Source of the DNA: a virus
IMG/VR virus record: IMGVR_UViG_3300022661_000003
Direction: 5' to 3' (one strand)
DNA: 64,000 nucleotides
Below are positions 36,922 through 48,424 of the stretch, piece after piece (the stretch's first letter is position 1; each line of letters opens with the position of its first letter). Below the pieces are notes generated by a model that had not been told where the DNA came from, ran no database searches, and saw only the letters and a list, made by a program, of their open reading frames with translations. The position numbers were made by a program, and so were the translations under genes.

Positions 36922-39528
36922 GTGGCTAGACTATTAAATTTTAGAAATGAACCATAGGTTACAGCGATTACTATTCCTAATCGTATTTAGTTATCAGATA
37001 CAAATTTTGCTCAAGCTTTTCGAAATATGGCTAATTTACAATCAGTTACTATTACTCATCCTAATATTACAATTTTAGATTAGGCATTTGAAAATGACAA
37101 AGCATTACAAACATGTACATTTCCAGAACATAATAAAATTACATCTATGTATCGTGCATTTAATGGGTGTTCTAATATGACTAGTGCTCCTTAGAGTGGA
37201 GCAGAAGTTATTAATATGGCTTATGCATATTATAATTGCTATTCTATGACTGGTAATGCTCAATGTGGTCCTAAAGTTTTTAGTATGTCTCATGCATATA
37301 CTAATTGTAGTAATATTTCAGGCCCAGCAGCTTGTTCTAATAGTGTTCGCAATTTTGATTATGCTTATCATAATTGTACTAAATTAACTGCTGCGGCATG
37401 TGGCGCAAATGTTACTAATATGGATTATGCTTATTATAATTGTACTAATTTAACTACTGCGGTGTGTGGATTAAATGTACCAACTATGAATTATACATAT
37501 TATAAATGTTCTAAATTAACTGATGCTGTATGTGATCGTAATGTTGTAAGTATGAATTATACATATGCTTATTGCACTAATCTTACTACAGCTAACGTAG
37601 GACGTAATGTTACAGAATTAAAATCAACATATAGAAATTGTATTAAATTAACTGATGCTGTTTGCGGTCCTAATGTTATAGAGATGGTTAATACATATGA
37701 AAACTGCACTAATTTAACTACAGCCGCATGTGGAAATTAGGTTACTTATATGAATGGTACATATGCTAATTGTCATAAATTAGTTACTCCTATATGTGGA
37801 CCAATGGTAACTTTAATGGATCACACTTATAGTAGTATGAGTTAGAGCTCATTATAGACGAATAGTGGTTCATATATATATATAAATAAGCGTTATTATC
37901 ATGGTACAGGTTGTAAAAATTTAACTACTGCAGTATGTGGTGAACGAGTAACAAATATGTATTATACATATGCTAGTTGTGCAAATATTACAACAGCAAT
38001 TTGTGGAGACCAAGTTACTGAAATGATTGGTACTTATGGTAATTGTGTTAATTTAACAACTGCTGCTTGTGGACCATCTGTAACCTTGATGGATTCTACA
38101 TATTCTATTCCTTATGGTTTTTATGCTAGTGGCCGTTATAAAAATAATAATGGCATTCCAGGAATTTTATATTCAGAAGAAACTGGTACAATCGGTGATA
38201 CCTGGTATGGATGTTCAAGTTTAACCGAAGCAGTTTGTGGAGATTCAGTAGTAATGATGGTTAATACATATCGTGAATGTACTAATTTAACCACTGCAGC
38301 AAGTGGTCCTGTTGTTACTTTAATGGATAACACTTATACTAATTGTTTTGTTCCCGCAGTTGTTCCTGATAATAGTCTAACAGCGTATAATCTTTACTCT
38401 GATGGATTAGGTTTAGTAACACCTATTTGTGGACCATTAGTTCAAGAAATGAGATATACTTATGCTAATTGTCAATCTTTAACATCATTTGTTTGTGGAG
38501 CAGAAGTAAAAATAATGGATCATACTTATGCTTTGGCCGAATCAGACTACTCTGATTGGTTCCTTGGCGATGAAACATATACCATAACTGAAAATAGAAC
38601 TGCAAAATGGAGACAATCGGTTAGTGCAAAACGTGGGCCAACTACTCCAGTATGTGGCGCAAATGTTACAGATATGATAGGTACATATAAAGGCCGACAT
38701 AGTTTAACTTCTGCGGTATGTGGTGCTAATGTAGTAAATATGATTGAAACTTATGCTGGATGCGCATATTATATTTCTAAAATGATAGAATATTATAATG
38801 CAACTTGGGCTTCAGGCGAAGATCCAGATTATGACACATATAATTATTCAATGGATTATCTGAATTATTCTTCTGGCATTACTACTGCAGTATGTGGAGC
38901 AAATGTAATAAATATGCATGGTGCATATATGTATTGTAGCGGTATTACAAATAAAGCAGCTTGTGGAGCAAACGTAGTGGATATGTCTTATGCTTATGCT
39001 TATTGCGGAAGAGAAAATTATTTCTTTAACGGCAAATCTGGCGTAGATACATATGGTTATGGTGGTTTGAACACTCCAGTTGTTGGTGCGAATGTAGTTA
39101 ATATGCAAGGTGCATATATGGATTGTTATCCTATTGGTACCGCAAAATGTGGTGCAAATGTTGAAGATATGTCTTGGGCCTATTATAATTGTAGAAGTTT
39201 AACGACTGGTGTATCAGGCGCAAATGTTACTAATATGAGTTATACTTATGGTTATTGTCTAAGCTTGAAGGGTAATTTAAATATTGCATCTGAATATGTA
39301 TATGATGCTTATGGTATTTTTGAAGGTCGAGGATATAATATTGCTGGAGATGAAATTACTCCAACCTTATTAAACATTCGAGTGCCTTATGGTTCTACTA
39401 CTTTTGATTCTTTTTATAATGAAGATTTATGCGGAGAAGGTAGAATTGTTTGGGACACAGAAGATGATACAGGAACAACTTGGACCTGTACAAATACTCG
39501 TTATAATTTAAAATTAATCGGAGCTTAA
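36922..39528 (+). CDS. Cys-rich LRR-like repeat protein (~869 aa): BspA-like N-terminus then >20 tandem ~22-aa repeats with consensus NVxxMxxTYxxCxNLTxAxCG
   Basis: Track ORFs 37216 and 37957 are in frame 1 with GTG 36922 (AGGAGGGTAAAAA RBS), joined by TAGs. The repeats are obvious at nucleotide level. A (TA)6 microsatellite sits inside the gene at ~37872-37885. Confidence 0.55.
37872..37885 (+). repeat. (TA)n dinucleotide microsatellite inside a coding region
   Basis: catatatatatataaa lies within the repeat-protein gene. Confidence 0.6.
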
Positions 39529-39554
39529 GACAATAGAGAAAAAGGAGATTTTTT

Positions 39555-40604
39555 ATGAAAAAATATAATCGTAATATTGATATTATTATTCCTGCTTATA
39601 ATGTAGCAGATAATATTTTGTTTAGATGTCTGGCTAGTATCGCTTGCCAAGATATTATTTCTGAATTAGAGGTTACTATTGTTGATGATGCTTCTACAGA
39701 ATAGAATTATCAAAATGTAATTAATTAGTTTTCTTCAATGTTAAAAATTAATATTTTACGCTACGAAACTAATGGTGGACCAGGAGTAGCTCGTCAATAT
39801 GGTTTAGATCACACTTCTAATGGATATATTACTTTTATTGACGCTGATGATACTTTCAATGGTGCTTTTGCTCTTAAAGCTTTGCGCAATGCTATTGAAA
39901 TGAATAATGGTTTATATCAAATGTCAGTTGGAGTTTTTGATGAAGTACATGAAACAGACATTCCTGAAGGAACTGGACCAATGTTAATGAGCCACGAAAA
40001 AGATTTAGTATGGATGTTCGGTAAAATGTATCGTCGTAGCTTTATTGACAAATATGGTATTCATTTTCATGAGACTTCAAGAGCCAATGAAGATAATGGA
40101 TTTAATACTTGGTGCCGCCTTTGCATGAATGATAAAGAGTAGATTAACTTTATTGCTGCACATGTTTATTATTGGCATGAAAATTTAAATAGTATTACGA
40201 GAATTAATGATCATCAATATAGTTATGGTAGTTCAGATCGAGATAGTTTTTACGGTTATGTTGAAAATATGATTTTTGCAATTCAAGAGGCAAAAAAGAA
40301 AAATCCTTACAATGGTTTTATTACTATGTGGGCTGTAACTTGTATGATACATTTATATCAATATTATATTGAATGTGCTGCAAGAGCTCCGCAACATGCT
40401 CCAGGTAATTTAAAACAATGTAAAAAATATTATGATGCAATTTTTAAAGAACTTGAACCTACAATTTCAAAAGAAATTATGGCATAGCATTATAATGATA
40501 TAATGAAAAATGCTTATATGGGAGATAAGTTAAATAATATTATTCCTTGTATAGGTTTATATGAGTTTTTAGATAAATTAAAGGAGGAAAATACAGATGG
40601 CTGA
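39555..40604 (+). CDS. Family-2 glycosyltransferase (~349 aa), TAG recoded
   Basis: AAGGAG RBS. Carries IIIPAYN...VDDAST and FIDADD motifs (GT2 DxD). Track ORFs 39738 and 40269 are in frame 0 joined by TAGs. The TGA overlaps the next ATG. Confidence 0.7.
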
Positions 40605-41277
40605 CGCTTATAAAATTTATACTTCTAGCTTAGTTGGTATTCAAGATGGTGGTACTGACGGCAGTACTGCAGCAGAAGCTAGAGAAAATTTAAATGTAGT
40701 TGGTTATACTGTTGTTCCCGAACTCAGTGGAGGCTCAGATTTTGCCTCCACTGAATTTTTACCAATAGCTGGTGGAACGATGACAGGACCGCTTACTTTA
40801 GAAGCTGATTTAATTGGTATTGACGGTGACTTTTCTGGTACTTTAAGCGCTTCAAGTGTAAAAGGTGCGGTATGGAATGATTATGCCGAATATCGTATTT
40901 TAAATGGTAAAAATGAAGCTGGCAGATGCGTAATTGAAACAGGCAATGATGATTTAATTTGGTCTCATGAACGCATGTTACCAGGAGCTATGATTATTTC
41001 CGATACTTTTGGATTTTCTATAGGAGAGACAGAAAAAGCTACTGCTCCAATTGCTGTGGCTGGTAGAGTATTAGCATATCCTAATGAAGATCGTTCTACA
41101 TATAAAGCGGGCGACGCAGTATGTTCTGGTCCTTATGGTACTGTTTCTAAAATGTCTAGAAAAGAAATTATGATGTATCCAGAACGTATTATTGGTATCG
41201 TTTCTTGCGTTCCTACTTATGAAATTTGGAATGATAAAATTCAAGTTAATGGTCGCATTTGGATAAAAATAAAATAA
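40597..41277 (+). CDS. Tail fibre-like protein (226 aa), TAG-free
   Basis: Intact track ORF. Fibre-like segments TAAEARENLNVVGY and GGTMTGPLTL. Confidence 0.55.
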   Translation: MADAYKIYTSSLVGIQDGGTDGSTAAEARENLNVVGYTVVPELSGGSDFASTEFLPIAGGTMTGPLTLEADLIGIDGDFSGTLSASSVKGAVWNDYAEYRILNGKNEAGRCVIETGNDDLIWSHERMLPGAMIISDTFGFSIGETEKATAPIAVAGRVLAYPNEDRSTYKAGDAVCSGPYGTVSKMSRKEIMMYPERIIGIVSCVPTYEIWNDKIQVNGRIWIKIK

Positions 41278-41291
41278 AGGAGGTATTTATT

Positions 41292-41630
41292 ATGAAATTA
41301 ATTATTCAAGGACAAGAGCAATATCCAATTAAAATTAATAAATATCATCGTAATTTTATGAAAGTACATACTTATGCAGGCGCAGTTAATTTTGAATTAG
41401 AAATAGATAATGAACTTGAAAAAAATATATAGTTTTTGCAAGCATTATATGGTTAGAGTAAATAGATTGAGCAAATTCAGGTATTTAGTGATAAAGACAT
41501 GTTAATTGCATTTTTAGTTTTTGAAAATGGTTATATTAGTAATTTGACTGATTCAATTAACGAAAAAGGCAAGCGAACTGTTTTGTTTACTATTACTTTT
41601 GAAAGTCTTAATCCTATGATTTTTTCTTGA
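41292..41630 (+). CDS. Hypothetical protein (~112 aa, 3 TAG)
   Basis: AAGGAGG RBS. Ends at TGA. Confidence 0.4.
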
Positions 41631-41660
41631 CTTTTAAAAAAAAATATGGTATTATTTTAA
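41626..41660 (+). promoter_or_regulatory. Sigma-70/SigA-like promoter (TTGACT-17-TATTAT with an upstream TG) driving the radical-SAM operon
   Basis: TTGACTtttaaaaaaaaatatggTATTAT lies ~20 nt upstream of the AAAAGGAGGG RBS of gene 41678. Confidence 0.5.
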
Positions 41661-41677
41661 AGAAAAGGAGGGTTATA

Positions 41678-42193
41678 ATGGCTCAAATACTTTTCGATGA
41701 TTACCTTGCTGCAAAAACAGCGGTATATAATATGTGGGATGAAGTGTTTGGAATTAAAATTAATTGGAATTTATTTGCTACTGACACTTAGGCCAATAGT
41801 CGTAGATCAGAAAATACATATGATGAAGCAGATAAAGAAGAACATACAGTACCATCTGAAGTTGCTGTATTTCCAGACGAGCGTACCGAAACAAATATTA
41901 AGCCGCTAAATTAGGCATATCGTTTTAACGAAATTAATAGTGCAGAAAAAAATGGTAAAATTACTGCCGACGCAGTAAATGCTTTATATAATTTAATGCA
42001 GGTTGCAGAAGAAGAAGCTCATAGTGGCGCTGGTTATGGAGCAGATAAAACTACACACTGGTAGACTTATAATAGCTCTAAAAATACTTCAGTAAAAACA
42101 TCTTAGTATAGTGGTTATGACTCATATAATAGTAATCGACATTCTGGTTGGTGTACCGGTCGTAATTCTAGTAATATGGGAACCAACTGGTAA
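41678..42193 (+). CDS. Precursor-like protein A1 (~171 aa) with a Tyr/Ser/Asn-rich C-terminal tail
   Basis: Strong AAAAGGAGGG RBS. Four in-frame TAG. The C-terminus ...HW(Q)TYNSSKNTSVKTS(Q)YSGYDSYNSNRHSGWCTGRNSSNMGTNW is paralogous to that of the 42208 gene. Confidence 0.5.
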
Positions 42194-42207
42194 GGAGAGT
42201 ATTAATA

Positions 42208-42507
42208 ATGGCGTATAATTGGAATAATATGTTTGGAACTATAGTTGAAAAAGATTAGTCAATAAAGCATGAAAATAGTTTAAACCATATTATAGAAACA
42301 GCTACAGAGTATCTAGAATACCATTGTTCAGCTCATAATACAGAAAAATTTGCTTCTTGGGATGTAACTTATAATGGTACATTGAAGTCTAGTCATGATT
42401 CAACTTATAAAAGTTATAATTCTTATAATAGCGGCAAGTTAAGTACAAATTATTCTGGATATAATAGTAGTCATAGGTATTCTTATTTTGGAGGAAATGT
42501 AGGATAA
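42208..42507 (+). CDS. Precursor-like protein A2 (~99 aa), shortened paralogue of A1 with a Tyr/Ser/Asn-rich tail
   Basis: The N-terminus YNWNNMFG matches YNMWDEVFG in A1. The tail is SWDVTYNGTLKSSHDSTYKSYNSYNSGKLSTNYSGYNSSHRYSYFGG. The TAA overlaps the ATG of the next gene. Confidence 0.5.
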
Positions 42508-43883
42508 TGGATTACGAGAAAAAGGCGTTAGAACATTGTGTATCACTTTCATTGCATTGGTCTTCTGATTGTAATATGGCATGTTAGTATTGTTATATTG
42601 AAAAAGATAAAAAAGCAATGGCAACCTATAATAAAGCATTACGAGAAGCTTTAGAAAATGGTACATATGTTAATAATATAAAAAATAAATTTGAACATAT
42701 TAAAGATAATATTGAAAATTTAAGTTTGTGGGGTGCAGAACCTACAATTAATGGTATATATTTTAAAGATACTATTTATCAATGCTTAGATTTTTTTCCA
42801 AATGTACATTCTTTAATGTTTTCGACAAATGCATTGTTAGGTGCAGATATTATTTACGAACAATTTTATTTACCTTTATTAAGTTATGCAGAAACTAATT
42901 CACGTCCTCTTACTTTTGAATTACAGCTAAGTTTAGATGGTCCTCCTGAATTTAATGATAAATCACGTCATGAAGGAGCCACTAAAAATACTTTAAATAC
43001 TTTATATACTTTACTTGAAAGAACTCCATTTAATTGTAAATATTTTAAATTTAGCGTTTCTACTAAAGCCACTCTTGATATTAGTTATATGAGAGAAATG
43101 GTTGAAGGTGGAATAGAAAAATTTTAGTGGTATTATGATTTCATGAATGAAATTCATGGAAAAGCACATGATATTATTAAAAATAATTCTACAGTTAGTG
43201 ATTGTCATGTATTTGGAATACCTACATTAGTAGATCCAGGATATTATACAGTTGAAGATGGTAAAATATTTGCAAAATGGATATCAATGTTAAAATATGT
43301 AGACCGTAGTAAATGGCATGAGGCAAGTCAACATGTACCATTGTTTTATTAGTGTTTAAATACTGTTCTCGAAGCAGAAAACATACACAATCCTATTGCT
43401 TAGGGATATAATTATTTTTCTTGTTCTTCCGGAAAATATAATTATAGTGTTGATTATGATGGTACAATATATACTTGTAATCGTTTATGTCGAAATGCAG
43501 CTTTATCAGATAATTTAAAATATAAAGGATCTATGCTTTCTAACTCTAATGTGGATCATCCTGCTGGCTCAAAATGGTTAAAACGTAATTATGCTAATTG
43601 GGTTTTTCATGAAGATATTGTAGCTCGAAAAAATTTTTTAGATGCATTAATTTTTATGATGGCTAAAGCTGGCTAGATTGATAAATTATATATTGAAAAT
43701 GATGAAGCTCGATTAATAATGTTTTATATGATGAGCGGTATTTATTGTCATATAGGAGCAGAAGAAGATTATACAAGTAATCCTTTTATTCCTCCTGCTA
43801 GTTATTTGCGCTTATTGGGAAATGGAGCTCAATAGGAGTTGGAAAATTATTTTAAATTAGAAAGAGTAAGAGGAGTTTTGTAA
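42507..43883 (+). CDS. Radical SAM / SPASM-domain enzyme B1 (~459 aa, 5-6 in-frame TAG)
   Basis: N-terminal CNMAC(Q)YC matches the CxxxCxxC radical-SAM cluster motif. LWGAEPT is GGEP-like. C-terminal Cys cluster CSSGKYNYSVDYDGTIYTCNRLCRN is SPASM/twitch-like. Track ORFs 42618 and 43143 share frame 0. Confidence 0.6.
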
Positions 43884-45253
43884 TGGAAAATTGTATTATT
43901 AATACTACTGGTTTAGAAGCTTATCAATATGAAAATTAGAAATTGGCAGACAATTTTTTAGAAACATATTTTTTCTCTAATTTTAAATATAGTCATACAG
44001 CTTCTAAAAAATCTTTAGAGTTAATTATTTCTCCCAAATGTAATTTAGGATGTAAATATTGCTATATTCATAAACATAAAAAACATATTTTTAATGAAGA
44101 TATTTTTAATGAAGAATTAACATTAAAAAATTTAACTTTAATTTTAAAATGGCTTGAAAAAAATGAATTTAATCCAGATTTAGATATTTTTTCAGGAGAA
44201 TTATTTGCTTAGGAAATTGGTCTAAAAATTTTACAAGTAATTTATGATCATGAGTTACATTTGCCTGAACATTTAAGATGCAAAGTTATAACAATTCCTA
44301 CAAATTTTACTTTTTTAAATTCTGATACATTGACAGAAAAAATCACTAATTTTCAAAAATAGTTTGAACAAATTAATATCCATTTATTTTTAAGTGCGAG
44401 TTTTGATGGAGCTCATATGGAACAAAATCGTCCTTATACCAAGACATTAGATTTTGATATTAATACCTCTCGCGATGATGAATATTATAATAAAGTTTTT
44501 CAATATTGTAGTGAACATCAATATGGATTACATCCAATGATTTACAGTAAAAATATTGCTAAATGGAAAGAAAATTTCTTATGGTTCCAAGAAAAAATGG
44601 AACAATTTAATATTCCTTGGGAAAATTTATATTTACTTAATGTTCGCAATGAAGAATGGGACGATGTCAGTTTAAAAGAATATTATAATTTTATTTTGTT
44701 CTTATATGATTGGGTATACCAAAAAGTTGGATGTAACACAGAATATTTAGTAAATTTTATTCTAAAAGCACACGGTTTTAATATAATGGCTAGTCCTTTA
44801 ACTCGAGTAGGAAGAGGCTTAACTTGTGGTTTATAGAATACTTTATGCGTTCGACTTAGTGATTTAATGGTTTATCCTTGCCACAGGACAGGATATGAAC
44901 ATTATTATTGTGGATAGTTCATAGAAGATGAGGATAAAATTTTAACATATAAAAATAAAAATGCTGAATTGCTAATTACAGTATATTCTGTTAACAAAGA
45001 AGGAATGCCCATGTGCTCTCAATGTCCTATTAATAAATTATGTGTAGGACAATGTTTAGGAGCTTGTCATGAAAGTAATAACAATTTATTTGTACCAATT
45101 CCTTCCGTTTGTGCTACCGTATATACATTATTAGCAGCAACTATTGAAGGTCTAACTAAATATCAAGCTTATGATTTACTGTTATCTCAAGTTGATGCTT
45201 CAATAGCAAAGCAATTAGAGTTTGTGAAAAAGGAGTTAAATAATGTTAAATAA
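43883..45253 (+). CDS. Radical SAM / SPASM-domain enzyme B2 (~456 aa, ~6 in-frame TAG)
   Basis: SPKCNLGCKYCY matches the CxxxCxxC motif. The C-terminal CSQCPINKLCVGQCLGAC matches SPASM. Track ORFs 43943, 44417, 44969 are in frame 2. The start overlaps the B1 stop (TAATG). Confidence 0.6.
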
Positions 45254-45821
45254 TTTTGTAAAAATGACTTATGGCGAAGCTCGTCATGAAGTATTAAAAG
45301 AATTAGATAATAGAGGTCCAATTGGTAGTTTTTTATTATCTCGCCATCCAGACTTGACAAATATAATTGAATATGTTTGTCGTTATTTAGAAAAAGCAAT
45401 GACTCCTGATAGTGATCCTAAAGATTTAGGAAATTTTCCGAGTAATATTAAAACTAGTTTGGAATTTTTAACTTTAAGATTTCCATCTTATTTAATTTTA
45501 TATTCAGAACATGATTGGAATTGCTTTTGCAGCGCATTATTCTTATTGTTAGATAATTTTTTAAATGCTGGTGAAACTTTCATTAATTCTGTTGCCGAAG
45601 ATGATTGGTCTAAAGAAGAAAAAAAATATATCAATCGTATTCGAGAATAGCTCAGTGCGATATTAAGAATTATCGATATCGGTGCTGGTTATAGTGAATT
45701 ATGTAAAGCTTCTGCTTAGATTGTAGAAGAATTAAAAACTTGGTCTCAATCTCGTCCTGCGGCGTTTAAATTATCTGAAGCATATTTAAAATCTCTTGGA
45801 ATCGGAGGAACAGAGGAATGA
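45243..45821 (+). CDS. Hypothetical protein (~192 aa, 2 TAG), rSAM operon member
   Basis: Track ORF 45243..45650 is extended through TAG to TGA ~45819, overlapping the next ATG. Confidence 0.4.
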
Positions 45822-46117
45822 CTTTATATTTTAATAATGAACGTGAACATCCTATTGAGGTTCAAAATGTATCTCGTGAATTAATTGCAGATGCTAACGG
45901 AAAATATTAGATTTTTGTACGCATTATTGTAAATGAAAGATTTAATGACGTTATTGCTTATTGTAATTCTTATGCATCACAAGATATTGTAAGTATGGAG
46001 CTATATAATGGAGAAGAATTAACTAATCATTATACACTAAATGCTGGTAGAGTAAATTCTATTCATGAAGTTGTAGAAAGTACTTCTCAAGAAGTCACAA
46101 TGATTATTGAATATTAA
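45818..46117 (+). CDS. Hypothetical protein (~99 aa, 1 TAG), last gene of the rSAM operon
   Basis: ATGA overlap with the previous gene. Followed by a hairpin at ~46122-46150. Confidence 0.4.
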
Positions 46118-46121
46118 TAAT

Positions 46122-46150
46122 TAGGCGATGTTTTTTAACATCGCCTAAAT
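46122..46150 (+). terminator. Stem-loop, putative operon terminator
   Basis: AGGCGATGTTTTTTAACATCGCCT perfect hairpin. The downstream U-run is weak. Confidence 0.45.
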
Positions 46151-46176
46151 TAATATTGAAAGGAGTTATTTAATAT

Positions 46177-46966
46177 GGCTTTATTTAAACCAATGTCCGG
46201 TTTAAGCACATCACTTAATAATTAGTCTTTAAAAGAAGGTTATGCATATTTTACTACAGATGATGCTAAATTTTATATTGATTATAAAGATGGCAGTACT
46301 TTAAAAAGAAAAGCAATTAATGCAGATTTATATGCTACTTGTGCAACTGCTGCAGCAACCGCAGCGAAAGTTGCAACATTAACAACAACTGGTAATTTTG
46401 GACTTTTCACTGGCGTACATGTTACAGTAAGATTTACTTATGCTAATAATGTAGAGAATGCTACTTTAAATGTAAATAGTACTGGCGCAAAAGCTATTAG
46501 ATATAAAAATGCTGCAATTACAAAAAATTATCTTAAAGCCAATGGTACTTATACTTTCGTTTATGATGGTTCTTATTGGCAGCTAGTGGGAGAAATTGAT
46601 ACTAATACTAATACTCAAATGAGAGTATATCGACAGACTTCAGGATATAATAGTGCAGATTATCCTATTCTAGTAAGTCGAACTGCAACAACTGATATCG
46701 GTACTGCTGGCACCAATAGTTCATATTCAGGAGTATATGCAGTTATAGGACAAAATGGTACATATACTCCAACCATTAATCCTCATACAGGATTGATAGT
46801 TGCTAAAGGTAATGTAAAATTTCCTGCTGGTGTAGGTTCAACTACAAATCCAGTATATATTAATGCTTCTACTGGTTTAATTACTGCTACTGGATTAGAC
46901 TTATCTCCAATTACTGATGCAATGATTTATGAAATTACTGGTTATACTGCTGCCGATTTAGCATAA
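46177..46966 (+). CDS. Tail fibre-like protein (~263 aa, one TAG)
   Basis: AAAGGAG RBS. N-terminal YAYFTTDDAKFYIDYKDG fibre motif. Contains track ORF 46586..46966. Confidence 0.55.
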
Positions 46967-46983
46967 TAAGGAGGTAATTATAA

Positions 46984-47109
46984 ATGTCTATCTTTAAAAA
47001 GAAAAAAATTGATGAAGAATTAGAATTTGAAACTGCTGATACAACAGAAAATGATGAGCAGGTTTGGATTCGAAAGGATGGAAAATTAGTTTTAGTTGAG
47101 GAGGATTAA
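46984..47109 (+). CDS. Small acidic protein (~41 aa)
   Basis: AAGGAGG RBS then ATG. Ends immediately before the endolysin RBS. Confidence 0.3.
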   Translation: MSIFKKKKIDEELEFETADTTENDEQVWIRKDGKLVLVEED

Positions 47110-47111
47110 AA

Positions 47112-48014
47112 ATGGTTACAATTAAATTGAATACTCAAGATAAAATGGTAACTATGTTACAATACACCTTCAATACTAAAGTAAGTGGAACCGCAGATGC
47201 AGAATTTGTATCTGCGGTTAAATCTTATCAAAAAACCAAGAAACTTACTGCTGATGGTATTGTTGGTAAAAATACATATAAGGCTCTTCTTGATGATTTC
47301 CCAACTCTTAAAAAGGGTAAGAATAAAAAAAGTAATTGGAATAGAGCTTGGCAGTCATTTCTTGGAGTAAAAATTGATGGTATCTTTGGTTCTGATACCA
47401 AGAAAGCCACTAAAGATTGGCAAAAGGCTAATGGTCTTACCGTTGATGGCGTTGTAGGAGATGCCACTCTTTCTAAGGCTTTTGGCATTACCGTTTCCGT
47501 TTCCGCGCCGAGCACCTCTAACGGCACTTCTGTTGTAAATAAACAGCCTGTAAATTATAAGCAGTATGATTCTCGCTGGGGTAAAATCGTTTACACCAAG
47601 AATAATACCTATGACAAGAAACAGACTATTAGTAATTCTGGATGCGGTCCTACCGCCGCGGCAAATATTGTTGCTACTTGGTGGGATAGTTCCGTTACTC
47701 CTGCTACTCTTGCCGCTTTATCTGTAAAGCATGGCTATCGCACTTCTAATAGTGGTACTGCTTGGGGATTCTTTAAATTTATTGCTGAAAAATATGGCGC
47801 CTCTAAATTCGTTCAGACTAGCTCATATGCTACTGCTGAAGCCGCAATTAAAGAAGGCGCTTATGTTGTATGTTCCGTTGGTCCTGGTGTTTGGACTAAA
47901 GGTGGTCACTTTATTACTTGGTGGAAAGTTGATAATACTTATGTATATATTAATGACCCAGCAAGTGCTAGCTCTTCTCGCGCTAAATCTAAGAAGAGTA
48001 ATCTAAAAAATTAG
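47112..48014 (+). CDS. Endolysin: tandem peptidoglycan-binding (PG_binding_1-like) repeats plus a C-terminal C39-like cysteine peptidase/amidase domain
   Basis: Intact 300-aa track ORF. Repeats TADGIVGKNTYKALL and IDGIFGSDTKKATKDWQKANGLTVDGVVGDATL. Catalytic-Cys motif NSGCGPTAAANIVATWW. GAGGAGG RBS. Confidence 0.75.
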   Translation: MVTIKLNTQDKMVTMLQYTFNTKVSGTADAEFVSAVKSYQKTKKLTADGIVGKNTYKALLDDFPTLKKGKNKKSNWNRAWQSFLGVKIDGIFGSDTKKATKDWQKANGLTVDGVVGDATLSKAFGITVSVSAPSTSNGTSVVNKQPVNYKQYDSRWGKIVYTKNNTYDKKQTISNSGCGPTAAANIVATWWDSSVTPATLAALSVKHGYRTSNSGTAWGFFKFIAEKYGASKFVQTSSYATAEAAIKEGAYVVCSVGPGVWTKGGHFITWWKVDNTYVYINDPASASSSRAKSKKSNLKN

Positions 48015-48056
48015 AAAAAACAATTCTTTATTTTTTATAAGTAAGGAGAGAGTCAA

Positions 48057-48362
48057 ATGGATCCAAAATTAGAAAAAAGAACGCTTAATAAAATATATTC
48101 TTTATTAGGTGGAGTAGATAAAAAATGGTCTTTTTCAAAGATTATGTTTTTATTAATCTTTCTTCTAAGTGTTGGTATCGCTGTCTACTCTTGTATTACT
48201 ATGTGGATATTCCAAGATTTGTCAATGTTGGAATGGTTAATTCCCGCAGTTTTTGCCGAATGTGCTGTTGTGTCAGGCTTTTATTCATATAAAGCTAAAA
48301 CAGAAAACCAATTAAAAATTCAAACACAACAAATGCTCATTCGGCATTTTTTGTCTGAATAG
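48057..48362 (+). CDS. Holin-like membrane protein (101 aa, two TM helices)
   Basis: Intact track ORF with a GTAAGGAGAGAG RBS directly downstream of the endolysin. Hydrophobic segments IMFLLIFLLSVGIAVYSCITMWIF and WLIPAVFAECAVVSGFYSY. Confidence 0.6.
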   Translation: MDPKLEKRTLNKIYSLLGGVDKKWSFSKIMFLLIFLLSVGIAVYSCITMWIFQDLSMLEWLIPAVFAECAVVSGFYSYKAKTENQLKIQTQQMLIRHFLSE

Positions 48363-48424
48363 GGAGTAGATACAGAAGATGCCTATCCTTAGGAAGTAAA
48401 TTATGAATCGGAGGAAGAAGAATA

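Noticed and set aside
36922-39528. N-x-T tripeptides in every repeat read as N-glycosylation sequons served by the adjacent GT2.
   Set aside because: The NLT / NCT pattern is the conserved Asn/Leu/Thr positions of BspA-type LRRs. GT2 enzymes are not N-oligosaccharyltransferases. It is kept only as a weak side note in the finding.
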